Below the pieces are notes generated by a model. That model did no database searches and had not been told where the DNA came from. It saw nothing but the letters and a program-made list of their open reading frames with translations. The position numbers and the translations under genes are program-made. Shown here piece by piece: positions 29,219-39,122 of a DNA stretch of 51,795 nucleotides. Source of the stretch: Alphaproteobacteria bacterium (GTDB lineage: Bacteria > Pseudomonadota > Alphaproteobacteria > GCA-2731375); NCBI GenBank assembly GCA_965225945.1, contig CBDDBZ010000001.1, forward strand, positions 1 through 51,795, read 5' to 3'. Within the stretch, counting starts at the first letter, position 1; every line of letters begins with the position of its first letter.

Positions 29219-29857
29219 ATGCGCGAACGAGTGGAAGCGCCCGAGGGGGCGGCCCTGACCGCCGAGAAAGCCGCCATGCGGGCGCGCCAGGCGCGGCGGC
29301 GGTTCGAACTCAGCCTCGCCGCCGGCCGCGAGGCGGCGGGGGCGGCGCGCGATCATCTCCTGGCGAGCTTCGCCTTCGGGCCGGACCAGGTGATCGCCGC
29401 CTACTGGCCCTTGGTGGCGGAGTTCGACGCGCGGGCCATGTTGCGGGCCCTGCATCGGCGAGGCCATCCTTGCGTGCTGCCGGTGACGGGACCACGCGGA
29501 TCGGTGCTCCGCTTCCTGCGCTGGAGCCCGGAGACGCCGCTTCGCCTCGGCCGCTTCCGGATCCCGGCGCCGCCGCGCGAGGGGGCGGAATTGCGGCCCG
29601 AGGTGTTGCTGGTCCCGCTGCTCGCCTTCGATCGCCGGGGCCATAGGCTCGGCTGGGGCGGGGGCTATTATGATCGGACATTACGCTCGCTCCGCGCCGA
29701 CGGGGGGCCACGGCCACTGGCCATCGGTGTCGGCTTTGCCGGGCAGGAAGTGGCGCGGGTACCGAGCGGGCCGAACGACGCCGCTCTCGACGCTATCGTC
29801 AGCGAGGCCGGTGCCTGGCGCGTCGCGTCCGAGGGCAATTGCGGGGGGTTGAGCTAG
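29219..29857 (+). CDS. fau: 5-formyltetrahydrofolate cyclo-ligase
   Basis: LVPLLAFDRRGHRLGWGGGYYDRTL. Confidence 0.92.
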   Translation: MRERVEAPEGAALTAEKAAMRARQARRRFELSLAAGREAAGAARDHLLASFAFGPDQVIAAYWPLVAEFDARAMLRALHRRGHPCVLPVTGPRGSVLRFLRWSPETPLRLGRFRIPAPPREGAELRPEVLLVPLLAFDRRGHRLGWGGGYYDRTLRSLRADGGPRPLAIGVGFAGQEVARVPSGPNDAALDAIVSEAGAWRVASEGNCGGLS

Positions 29858-30673
29858 GTGAAGGTTCTCTATCTCGGCGATATCGTCGGCCGCGCCGCGC
29901 GCAACGCGGTCTACGAGCAGCTGCCCGGGTTTCGCCGCCGGCTCGGCCTCGACTTCGTCGTGGTCAACGCGGAAAACGCCGCCGCCGGCTTCGGTCTGAA
30001 CGAGCGGATCGTGAAAGACCTGCTGGCCGCCGGCGCCGACGTCATCGTCACCGGCAATCACGGTTTCGACCAGCGGGAATCATTGCCCTTGTTCGATTCT
30101 GAGCCGAGGCTGCTGCGTCCCCACAACTACCCCGCCGGCACGCCGGGCACCGGGCTCGGCGTCTACGACCTGCCGGACGGGCGCAAGGCCGGCGTGCTGC
30201 AGCTCATGGGGCGGCTGTTCATGGACCCGCTGGACGATCCCTTCGCCTGCGTCGAGGCGGCGCTCGCCGAGATCAGGCTCGGCCGCGACGTGGACTTCCT
30301 GCTGGTCGACGTGCACGCCGAGGCGACCAGCGAAAAGATGGCGCTCGGACATGTGCTCGACGGCCGCGCGAGCGCCGTCGTCGGCACCCACACCCACGTG
30401 CCGACCGCCGACATCCAGATCCTGCCCCGGGGGACCGCCTATCAGTCGGATACCGGAATGTGCGGCGACTATAATTCCGTGATCGGCATGGAGAAGACCG
30501 AGCCGATCAACCGTTTCCGCCACAAGATGTCCTCCGCCCGGCTGAAACCGGCGATGGGGGAGCCGACGATCTGTGGCATCTATCTCGAGGTTGATCCCCG
30601 AACCGGCCTCGCGCGCCGCGCCGCGCCGCTCCGCCAAGGGGGTCGCCTGTCGCAAGCCTGGCCCGGCGGTTAG
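29858..30673 (+). CDS. YmdB/TIGR00282 metallophosphoesterase
   Basis: GDIVG, NAENAA, TGNH, DVHAEATSEK, GTHTHVPT. Confidence 0.93.
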   Translation: MKVLYLGDIVGRAARNAVYEQLPGFRRRLGLDFVVVNAENAAAGFGLNERIVKDLLAAGADVIVTGNHGFDQRESLPLFDSEPRLLRPHNYPAGTPGTGLGVYDLPDGRKAGVLQLMGRLFMDPLDDPFACVEAALAEIRLGRDVDFLLVDVHAEATSEKMALGHVLDGRASAVVGTHTHVPTADIQILPRGTAYQSDTGMCGDYNSVIGMEKTEPINRFRHKMSSARLKPAMGEPTICGIYLEVDPRTGLARRAAPLRQGGRLSQAWPGG

Positions 30674-31475
30674 GCGAGATCACGCACATCGGTCTTGTGT
30701 GAGCGTCGTCGTTGCGCGACCCTAGCGGCTGCGCGGAGAGATATTTCGACGCCGTCGGCCGCGCCGTCCACCAGGGCGGCGATCGAGCGGGCCGGCGAGC
30801 TCGGGGGAACGCGGATGTCACGCATCGACCTACAAAACGAGAAACACGTCCTGGAGGCGGCGAGCGAGAACCTCAGCGACGGCCTGCTGGGCGAGGCGGC
30901 CGGTGCCTATGGCGAGCTGCTGTCGCACTATGAGGCCCTGGTGCGGCGGCTCGATCGCGACGCTCCCGCCGCCGAGCGGCGAAGCCCCGAGGCGATGATG
31001 GAGAAGCTGATCGAAATCGGCATCGCGCTCTCGGCCGACCACAACTCCGACCGGCTGATGGAATCGATTTTGCGCGAGGCCAAGGATCTGACCAATGCCG
31101 ATGGCGGCACCCTCTACCGGCGGACCGACGACGACCAGCTCAGGTTCGAGATCATTCGCAACGATTCCCTCGAGATCGCCAAGGGCGGCACCACGGGGGA
31201 GGCGATCGAGTTCGACCCGTTGCCGATGTACGACGAGAACGGCGAGGCGAACTATCAAAACGTCGCGACTCACGTCGCCCTCAGCAAGCGGACCATCAGC
31301 ATTCCCGATGCCTACGACACGGAGGATTTCGACTTCACCGGCACGAAGCGGTTCGACGAAGCCATGGGGTATCGCTCGAAATCCTTCCTGACGGGTAACT
31401 ACCCAGGTCTGATTGGCCCGAGCGTTTGTATGTGAGGGATCGTGGGGGTCCGGGCTGGTAGCGGTGCCGGTGTTC

Positions 31476-33014
31476 TCAGAGGCGCAGTTGGGGGATTAGT
31501 TGCATCGGATCGGGATGCACCAGGGTCTGGAGGACGTTCCAGCCTTGCTTTCGGGCGGTGGCGATGACGGCACGCATTCTGGCGAAGTTGTAGGCACCCC
31601 TCTCGGAGCGGAAGCCACCGGAGATCTTCTGGCGCAGCTTGGCCATTCGGAGGTCACGTTCGGCCTCATTGTTCGTAAACGGCGTGCGCGGGTCGGTGAG
31701 GAATCGCAGGCATCCCTCCTTGTGCTTGCGGAGGCGGAGCGCGAGGTTATGACCGATGCGGCGTTTCTTTCGTCCGCGCTTGCCGGTCCGGAGCGGCGGC
31801 TGCGCCTCGTGGAAGGCGATGGCGTGGTCGAGGATGCGGGCCCAGGCCCGCGAGATCCGGGCCACCAGGGAGGCGGGCACGTCGCGGCCGTTCTCACGGG
31901 AGAAGCGGGTAGCCCTGTGTGCGCGCTCAAGGAGGCGGTGCATGCTCTTTGCCCAGTCTTCCTTCTCGATGTCGATCAGGGCCTGGAGTTCGCGCAGGTG
32001 ATGGGCGTTGCAGGCGCCGTGGCGCACGCCCTTGAGGGTGAAGTAGGCGGCGTAATCGTCATGGATGAGGATGCCTTCGAGGTCCTTTTCGACATCGCCG
32101 CGTCCCGCGCCGATGCGCAGGACGGTCAGGAATGGGGTGCACAGCACGTGGAGCCAGCGGGTACGGGCGGCGATCCGCAGGCCGGTTTCGTCGAGGTGCT
32201 TGACCGGGACCGCTGTGCGGATCACGTCTGCGACATGGGCGAGGAAGGGCTCGAAGCGCCTGGCGATTCGCCGGCCCATGGCGGTGATCGTGGCTGTGGA
32301 GATGGACACTGCGAAGAGGTCGCTCATGAGTTCGGCCAAGCGCTTCTCGGGAACGAACTGGGCGTACAGCAGGTAGCTCACCCAGGCGGTGATGCGTGGC
32401 CCGTACTGGACCGGGGCGGTCACGCCGTCCGGGAAGACGGCTCCTGTCACGGTGGCGCAGGCGCCGCAGAGGCAGCGATGGGCGCGGTGTTCGGTGACCT
32501 CCAGGGGGCGTGGCTCGGGCACATCGAAGACCTGTCGACAGACGGGCGCGCGGTGACGGTCGGCGTCCGACAGCGGTGCGCCGCAGCCCGAACAGGCGGA
32601 GGGGTCATGATCCACAACATGGTCCGGGCTCTCGGTCCGCGCCAGCGTCGTTCCCTTGTGGCCCGGCTGGCCGCCGCTTGGCCTGCCGGACTTGCCGCGC
32701 TGGCTTCGGGTGCGCCTCTGGGTTCCGCTCTTCTTGCGCAGGCCGTCGCTGGCGGGCGGCTTGCTGCTGGTGGTGCTGTCAAGCGCCGCGCTCCGCTCGA
32801 GCTCGGCGATGCGGTCCCGCAGGGTCGCGTTCTCCCGCTCGAGCGCGGCATTCTCCCGGACGAGCGCCGTGGCCAGGCGCAACAGCCCCTGGCCCCATTC
32901 CCGGAAGGCCTTGACGACTGTGATTGCGAAGGATGAGGGGTCAAGAAGATCTTGCAGGCACGCGAAGGCCTCGTCATGGGCGGCGAGGTCCTCGTGCCAG
33001 CGCGACAGCGTCAC
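31476..33014 (-). CDS. IS66-family DDE transposase (TnpC type)
   Basis: Coiled coil + SSKPPASDG, CSGCG/CLCGAC zinc finger, HLDETG, IHDDY, CNAHHLREL, TNNEAERDLR. Confidence 0.93.
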   Translation of the reverse strand: MTLSRWHEDLAAHDEAFACLQDLLDPSSFAITVVKAFREWGQGLLRLATALVRENAALERENATLRDRIAELERSAALDSTTSSKPPASDGLRKKSGTQRRTRSQRGKSGRPSGGQPGHKGTTLARTESPDHVVDHDPSACSGCGAPLSDADRHRAPVCRQVFDVPEPRPLEVTEHRAHRCLCGACATVTGAVFPDGVTAPVQYGPRITAWVSYLLYAQFVPEKRLAELMSDLFAVSISTATITAMGRRIARRFEPFLAHVADVIRTAVPVKHLDETGLRIAARTRWLHVLCTPFLTVLRIGAGRGDVEKDLEGILIHDDYAAYFTLKGVRHGACNAHHLRELQALIDIEKEDWAKSMHRLLERAHRATRFSRENGRDVPASLVARISRAWARILDHAIAFHEAQPPLRTGKRGRKKRRIGHNLALRLRKHKEGCLRFLTDPRTPFTNNEAERDLRMAKLRQKISGGFRSERGAYNFARMRAVIATARKQGWNVLQTLVHPDPMQLIPQLRL

Positions 33015-33676
33015 GGGTCCTCGGCATCGACGGCCATCATGGCGGCCAGCACCGCGAGGCGTTCGCCCGCCGGCAAGGCCTTGTAACGCCGGCCCCAGTT
33101 GGCCGCCTTACGCTTGATGCGCTGGCGGTCGGTGAAGTTCCGGCCTGCGTAGCTCGCCCAATGCACCCGGTCGGGCGCGAAGTTGAACCACACGACCTCG
33201 GTCCGCACCTGGGCCTGGGTCGTCACCTGCAGCGCCAGACTGCGCCAGCCCGCCAGCATCTCGTCATAGAGCGCCGAGGGATGGCCCGAGACCATCACCT
33301 GGCAGGGCAGATCCTTGAGCAGGTCCAGGAGCGCGACATGGTCGACCTCCTCGTAGTCGAAGCGATAGCGCCGTGCCGAACGGCGGGTCGCGTGCAGATA
33401 GGGGGGATCGCTGTAGACCAGCTCCGGGCCCAGAAACGGGAACGAGGCCAAAAAGGCATGGGCACAGCCATGCACCAACTCGACCGGGTAGTCACAGGCA
33501 AAGGCCTCGAGCGCCTGCGCATCGCGGTCGATGCCGATCGAGCGCACGCCCGTTGGCTTGCGCTTCATCAGCGCACCGCCCCCCAGGTGGCTCTCGATGT
33601 AAACGCTGTGCGGCGGCATCAGCGCAATCAGCGCCTGGCACAGACCGCTCGTCGCCTTCGACCCAAAATATTCCAC
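33011..33676 (-). CDS. Compact Dam/D12-class N6-adenine DNA methyltransferase-like protein
   Basis: YFGSK (motif X), YIESHLGGG (motif I), IGID, YSDPPY (motif IV), VMVSG, RTEVVWFNF; GTGA overlap with transposase start. Confidence 0.85.
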   Translation of the reverse strand: MEYFGSKATSGLCQALIALMPPHSVYIESHLGGGALMKRKPTGVRSIGIDRDAQALEAFACDYPVELVHGCAHAFLASFPFLGPELVYSDPPYLHATRRSARRYRFDYEEVDHVALLDLLKDLPCQVMVSGHPSALYDEMLAGWRSLALQVTTQAQVRTEVVWFNFAPDRVHWASYAGRNFTDRQRIKRKAANWGRRYKALPAGERLAVLAAMMAVDAEDP

Positions 33677-33704
33677 GCGCCGCTCCCGTCACACGAGAGC
33701 GCAA

Positions 33705-33742
33705 CCCATAGACGCCCGATTCTATGGAGTCAAGAGACGATC
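33705..33742 (-). promoter_or_regulatory. Putative promoter/operator of the MTase-transposase operon
   Basis: Minus strand TTGACT-N17-TATGGG; inverted repeat CCATAGA-N8-TCTATGG; GANTC at 33718-33722 and 33727-33731; GATC at 33739-33742. Confidence 0.5.
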
Positions 33743-35295
33743 AACGACGCGGCGGCGGAAACCCGGCCCCGGCGACCACCTACATCATCCTCTCGCGGTC
33801 AGGAGCGGGGTACCTGGGTAGTTACCCTGACGGTACCGATGAAGACGCGCCAGGGCGACGTGATCGGCGTCCTACAGTTGATCAACGCCCGCGATCCCTC
33901 GAGCGGGAACGTGGTGAGCTTCCCTCGGGAAATCGAGGACTATGTCGGCGCGCTCGCCTCGCAGGCCGCCGTGGCGCTGGACAACCAGCAACTGTTGGAA
34001 GCCCAGAAGGACCTGTTGGATTCCTTCATCATGCTGATCGCCGGCGCGATCGACGAGAAATCGCCTTACACCGGCGGCCACTGCAATCGGGTGCCGGAAC
34101 TTGCGATGATGCTGGCTCGGGCCGCCTGCGAGGCCGAGGAGGGTCCCTTCGCCGACTTCGGCTTCGACGAGGAGCAGTGGTACGAGTTCCAGGTCGCCGG
34201 CTGGCTGCACGATTGCGGCAAGGTCACCACGCCCGAATATGTGGTCGACAAGGCGACCAAGCTGGAGACCATTTACGACCGCATCCACGAAGTCCGCACC
34301 CGCTTCGAGGTGCTCAGGCGCGATGCCGAGATCGCCTATCTGAAAGGATGCCTCGACGGCGGCGAGGAGGCGGCATTGGCGGGCCGGCGCGACGAGGCGA
34401 TCCGGGGCCTGGAGGACGACTACGCCTTCGTCGCCGAGTGCAACATCGGCGGCGAATTTATGTCGGACGAGCGGATCGAGCGGCTCGGAAAGATCGCCGA
34501 AGTCACCTGGACCCGACATTTCGACGACCGTCTCGGCATCGGCCACGACGAGCAAAGCCGCAAGGAGCGCACGCAGGCCGCACCGCTGCCGGCACTCGAG
34601 CTGCTGCTCGCCGACAAGGACGAACACCTGATTCACCGCCACCATCGCGAGACGCCGCCGGACGAGGAAGACCGGGGCTTCCGGATGGAAGTTCCGAAGC
34701 ACGAGTACGACAACGGCGAGCTGCATAATCTGACGATTCGTCGCGGCACGCTGAACGCTGAGGAACGCTACAAGATCAATCACCACATCATTCAAACCAT
34801 CATCATGCTCGAAAAACTGCCGTTTCCGAAGCATCTGGAGCAGGTGCCGGAATATGCCGCGGGCCACCACGAGAAGATGGACGGCACCGGCTATCCCCGG
34901 CGGCTGGCGCGCGACGAGATGTCGGTGCCGGCCAGAATCATGGCCATCGCCGACATCTTCGAGGCGCTGACCGCCTCCGATCGGCCTTACAAGAAGGCCA
35001 AGACCTTGAGCGAGTTGCTCCGCATCATGGGCTTCATGCGCAAGGACCAGCACATCGATCCCGAGCTCTTCGAGCTGTTCCTCGAAAGCGGCGTCTACCG
35101 GCAATACGCCGAGGAGTTCCTGGAGACGGCGCAGATCGACGAGGTCGATATCGCGGGCTTTTTGGAAGATAGCTAGAGGGTCGAGGCGGCGTTCCGCTCG
35201 CTCACCGATACCCCGCATCGTCGTCGGGAGCGGAACGCCGCCACGACCCAAAATCATCCCGGTCAAACGTTTCAACCTGGTCGGAAAGTGCTCTA

Positions 35296-36429
35296 ATGTC
35301 CTGATCGATAAATTGATATGATTATGTCTCTATTTGTTTTCAGGAGGCGCGATTGATGGCGAGAGTGGCGGTGACGATCTCTTTGAGCGATGACGAGCGC
35401 GCCGAATTGGAGGCGCTGTCTCGTCGTCGCAAGACGTCGCAGGGGCTTGCGCGGCGGGCTCGGATCGTCTTGGCGGCGGCGGAAGGGTTGGAGAACAAGG
35501 AGATCGCCGTTCGTCTCGAGGCGAGCGCGGACACCGTGGGCAAGTGGCGTCGCCGCTATGCGGCGGAGGGCCTCGACGGTCTGTACGACGAACCCCGCCC
35601 CGGCGCGCCGCGTCAAATCGGCGATGACGCCATCGCGGAAGCGGTCCGGCTGACGCTGGAAGAGACGCCGCCGGACGCGACCCATTGGAGCCTTCGCTCG
35701 ATGGCGCGGGCGAGCGGCCACGCGCCCTCGACCATTCATCGCATCTGGCGGGCCTTCGGCTTGCAGCCGCATCGCTCGGAGACCTTCAAGCTGTCGAGCG
35801 ATCCCTTCTTCGTGGAGAAGGTCCGCGACATCGTCGGTCTGTATTTGGCGCCGCCGGATCGTGCCCTGGTTCTCTGTGTCGACGAAAAGAGCCAGATCCA
35901 GGCCTTGGACCGTTCCCAGCCCCTCTTGCCGATGCGCCCCGGGCAGGCGGAGCGGCGCAGCCACGACTACAAGCGCCACGGCACGACCTCTCTCTTCGCG
36001 GCCCTCGACATCGCCACGGGAGAGATCATCGGCAAATGTTTCCCGCGCCATCGGGCCCGAGAGTTCCGCAAATTCCTCGACCTCGTCGAGGCGAACGTCC
36101 CTGGTGATCTCGACATCCACATCGTCATGGACAACTACGGGACCCACAAGACCAAGGCGATCCGCGACTGGTTCGCCAAACGGCCGCGCTGGCAGGCCCA
36201 TTTCACACTGCTGACCGACAAGCAGATCAGGCGCGGCGTCCATCGCTCCACCAAGGAGTTGGAGCGCACCATCCTCGACTACATCGACACGACAAACCAG
36301 AACCCCAAACCCTTCAAATGGACCAAATCCGCCGATGACATCCTCGCCGCCATCCAGCGCTTCTGCCTCCGAACAATCGAAATCGCTGAACAGCAGGCGA
36401 AAATCATGCGAACTTCGGAATCGGGACAC
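35296..36429 (+). mobile_element. IS630-family element
   Basis: TA on both sides (35294-95, 36430-31); imperfect IRs ATGTCCTGAT... / ...ATCGGGACAC; stop codon uses the target TA. Confidence 0.88.
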
Positions 36430-36432
36430 TAG
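35356..36432 (+). pseudogene. IS630 transposase with in-frame deletion of the third catalytic motif
   Basis: [26 protein letters not shown] present; HFT joins directly to [10 protein letters not shown], lacking the PTSASWLxQVERxF segment seen in the second IS630. Confidence 0.8.
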
Positions 36433-36668
36433 CCGGACTCTATTGAATGTAACCGATCCGAGCGTCCGCCCACAAGCCGAACGGCGCCAGGTTTCACTTT
36501 GCTTTTCAAGGGTGTGACAAAATGGCCCCGGCTCGTCGCGCCGAGCGGCGCTGATAGGCTTGCCCTTTCCGGACGCGTGGCGGGAAGCGGAGATGGCCGG
36601 GCTCGGTGGGCCGAGTGCGCTCGCCGGCACGCTCGCGCGACACGAATGTCGAGATCCTGGCCTATCTC

Positions 36669-37847
36669 CTAGCGATTCAACTCCCACATGGCGCGATCGA
36701 GGCCGGCGAGGGTCAGCGGGAACATCCGGCGGCCCATGATCTGCTCAAGCATCTCCAGCGAGGGCGTATAGCGCCAATGGCGCTCGGGAACCGGATTGAG
36801 CCAGACCGCATGCTTGAAGTGGTCCAGCATGCGGGTCATCCAGACTTGGCCCGGTTCCTCGTTCCAATGCTCGACGCTGCCGCCGGGATAGACCACCTCG
36901 TAGGGGCTCATCGTCGCGTCGCCGACGAAGACCAGCTTCCAGTCGGGCCCGTAGGTGTGCAGCACCTGCCAGGTCGCGATCACCTCGGCGTGGCGGCGAC
37001 GGTTATCCTTCCAGACCCGCTCGTAGAGGCAGTTGTGGAAGTAGTAATATTCCAAATGCTTGAACTCCGTCCGCGCGGCCGAGAACAGCTCCTCCAAGGT
37101 GCGGATGTGGTCGTCCATCGAGCCGCCGACATCGAGCAGTAGCAGCACCTTGATGGCGTTCCTGCGCTCGGGCCGCATCTGGATGTCGATATAGCCGCCG
37201 TTTTCGGCGGTCGACTTGATGGTGCCGTCGAGATCCAATTCGTCCGGCGAGCCCTCGCGGGCGAAGCGGCGAAGGCGCCTGAGCGCCACCTTGATATTGC
37301 GGGTGCCGAGCACCACCGAATCGTCGAAATTGCGGTATTCCCGCTTGTCCCAGACCTTGACCGCGCGGCGATGGCGCGAGCCTTCCTGGCCGACGCGGAT
37401 GCCCTCGGGGTTGTAGCCGTAGGCGCCGAAGGGCGAGGTGCCACCGGTGCCGATCCACTTGTTGCCGCCATGGTGGCGCCCCTCCTGCTCCTCCAGGCGC
37501 TTCTTGAACGCCTCCATGAGCTTTTCCCAACCGCCCATGGCTTCGATCTGGGCTTTCTCCTCGTCGGTCAGGTAGAGTTCCGTGAGTTTGCGCAGCCATT
37601 CCTCCGGGATCTCGACCCCGACCGCGTCGTCCTCCGGCTCCAGCCCCTTGAAGACCTGGCCGAAGACCCGGTCGAACTTGTCGATGTTGCGCTCGTCCTT
37701 CACCAGGGACGCGCGGGAGAGGTAATAGAACTTCTCGACGCTGTATTCGGCGACGCCGGCCTTCATGGCATCCATCAGAGTCAGGTATTCCTTCAGGCTG
37801 ACCGGCACCTTGCCCTTTTTCAGCTCGTAGAAGAAATCGATCAGCAT
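36669..37847 (-). CDS. vWA-domain protein, MoxR partner
   Basis: KWIGTGGTSPFG, MIDAS DVGGSM, FVGDATMSPYE, WLNP. Confidence 0.88.
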   Translation of the reverse strand: MLIDFFYELKKGKVPVSLKEYLTLMDAMKAGVAEYSVEKFYYLSRASLVKDERNIDKFDRVFGQVFKGLEPEDDAVGVEIPEEWLRKLTELYLTDEEKAQIEAMGGWEKLMEAFKKRLEEQEGRHHGGNKWIGTGGTSPFGAYGYNPEGIRVGQEGSRHRRAVKVWDKREYRNFDDSVVLGTRNIKVALRRLRRFAREGSPDELDLDGTIKSTAENGGYIDIQMRPERRNAIKVLLLLDVGGSMDDHIRTLEELFSAARTEFKHLEYYYFHNCLYERVWKDNRRRHAEVIATWQVLHTYGPDWKLVFVGDATMSPYEVVYPGGSVEHWNEEPGQVWMTRMLDHFKHAVWLNPVPERHWRYTPSLEMLEQIMGRRMFPLTLAGLDRAMWELNR

Positions 37848-37870
37848 CGGATGGTCTCGCGGTCGCGGGA

Positions 37871-38722
37871 TCAGTTTCCCTGGCTCTCTCGCCGCGCGAG
37901 GAACGCCAGGCGCTCGAAGAGGTGCACGTCCTGCTCGTTCTTCAGCAGCGCGCCGTGCAGCGGCGGGATCAGCTTCCTCGGATCCTTGCTCCGCAGGACC
38001 TCGGGCGAGATGTCGTCGACCATCAGCAACTTCAGCCAATCCAACAATTCCGAGGTCGAGGGCTTCTTCTTCAGTCCCGGGACCTCGCGGATCTCGTAGA
38101 ACACGTTCAGCGCCTCGCGCACCAGGTCCTTCAGGATCGAGGGATGATGCACGGCGATGATCTCCAGCATCGTCTCGCGCTCGGGGAAGCGGATGTAGTG
38201 GAAGAAGCAGCGGCGCAGGAAGGCGTCCGGCAACTCTTTCTCGTTGTTCGAGGTGATGACGACGATCGGGCGGTGCCGCGCCTTGACCTCCTCGCGGGTC
38301 TCGTAGACGTGGAATTCCATCCGGTCGAGCTCCAGCAACAGATCGTTCGGGAACTCGATGTCGGCCTTGTCGACCTCGTCGATCAGCAGCACCGTCGTCT
38401 CGTCGGCGACGAAGGCCTCCCAGAGCTTGCCGCGCACGATGTAGTTGGAAATGTCGTGCACGCGCCCGTCGCCGAGCTGCGAATCGCGCAGCCTGGAGAC
38501 CGCGTCGTATTCGTAGAGCCCCTGCTGCGCCTTGGTGGTGGATTTGATGTGCCACTCGATCAGCGGCTTATCCAGCGCCTTGGCGATCTCGTGGGCGAGG
38601 ATGGTCTTGCCGGTGCCGGGCTCGCCCTTGACCAGGAGCGGCCGCTCGAGGGCGATCGCGGCGTTGACGGCGACCATCAGATCCTCGGTCGCGATATAGG
38701 TATCGGTGCCGGAAAATTTCAT
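37871..38722 (-). CDS. MoxR-family AAA+ ATPase
   Basis: GEPGTGKT, LLIDEVDK, TSNNEKELPDAFLRRC. Confidence 0.93.
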   Translation of the reverse strand: MKFSGTDTYIATEDLMVAVNAAIALERPLLVKGEPGTGKTILAHEIAKALDKPLIEWHIKSTTKAQQGLYEYDAVSRLRDSQLGDGRVHDISNYIVRGKLWEAFVADETTVLLIDEVDKADIEFPNDLLLELDRMEFHVYETREEVKARHRPIVVITSNNEKELPDAFLRRCFFHYIRFPERETMLEIIAVHHPSILKDLVREALNVFYEIREVPGLKKKPSTSELLDWLKLLMVDDISPEVLRSKDPRKLIPPLHGALLKNEQDVHLFERLAFLARRESQGN

Positions 38723-38828
38723 GGTGGCTCTTCGGTGCTGGCGTCCGGGGCGGGCGGACAATAGGGCGCGGCCCGCCGGCGCGCAAGACGAGGCGCGCCG
38801 GCCGGGGCCGGAAGCTGGGGGGCGGACG

Positions 38829-39122
38829 TCAGTCCTTGTTCGCGGCCTCGAAGGCGGCCTTCTGCTCCGCCGTCGCCTCGCGCTGATACTTGGCCTTCCA
38901 CTCCGAAAAGGGCATGCCGTAGACGATTTCGCGCGACTGCTCGCGGCTGATTTCGATGCCGCTCTCGCCCGCCGCGTCCTGGTACCAGTTGGAGAGGCAG
39001 TTGCGGCAGAAGCCGGCGAGGTTCATCAGGTCGATGTTCTGCACGTCGGTGCGTTCGCGCAGGTGAGATACCAGACGGCGAAAGGCCGCCGCCTCCAATT
39101 CCACACGTGCCTGGTCGTCCAT
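38829..39122 (-). CDS. DUF1244-family protein
   Basis: ELEAAAFRRLV.HLR.RTDVQNIDLMNLAGFCRNCL...YGMP. Confidence 0.9.
   Translation of the reverse strand: MDDQARVELEAAAFRRLVSHLRERTDVQNIDLMNLAGFCRNCLSNWYQDAAGESGIEISREQSREIVYGMPFSEWKAKYQREATAEQKAAFEAANKD

Larger units (their letters stand above)
31395..33825 (-). mobile_element. IS66-family element (single-transposase type) carrying a DNA adenine methyltransferase
   Basis: 14-bp perfect TIR GTAACTACCCAGGT; 8-bp TSD CCTGACGG (31387-31394, 33826-33833); GTAA ends and 8-bp TSD are typical of IS66. Confidence 0.95.
30815..35176 (+). pseudogene. GAF + HD-GYP cyclic-dinucleotide phosphodiesterase split by the IS66 element
   Basis: Removing the element and one TSD copy rejoins SFLT|VPMKTRQGDVIGVLQLINA into a 640-aa ORF with LHDCGK, HHEKMDGTGYP, DIFEALTASDRPYK. 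Confidence 0.92.

Noticed and set aside
30698-30810. Possible adenylate cyclase remnant (RYFDAVGRAV...GG)
   Set aside because: Match too short to support without a search
32924-35176. 750-aa ORF as a novel fusion protein
   Set aside because: Its first ~300 aa are the antisense of the IS66 MTase and IS end running into the 3' half of the split HD-GYP gene
36669-38722. MoxR-vWA pair as a defence system
   Set aside because: Matches the common housekeeping-type MoxR/vWA pair with no effector gene nearby
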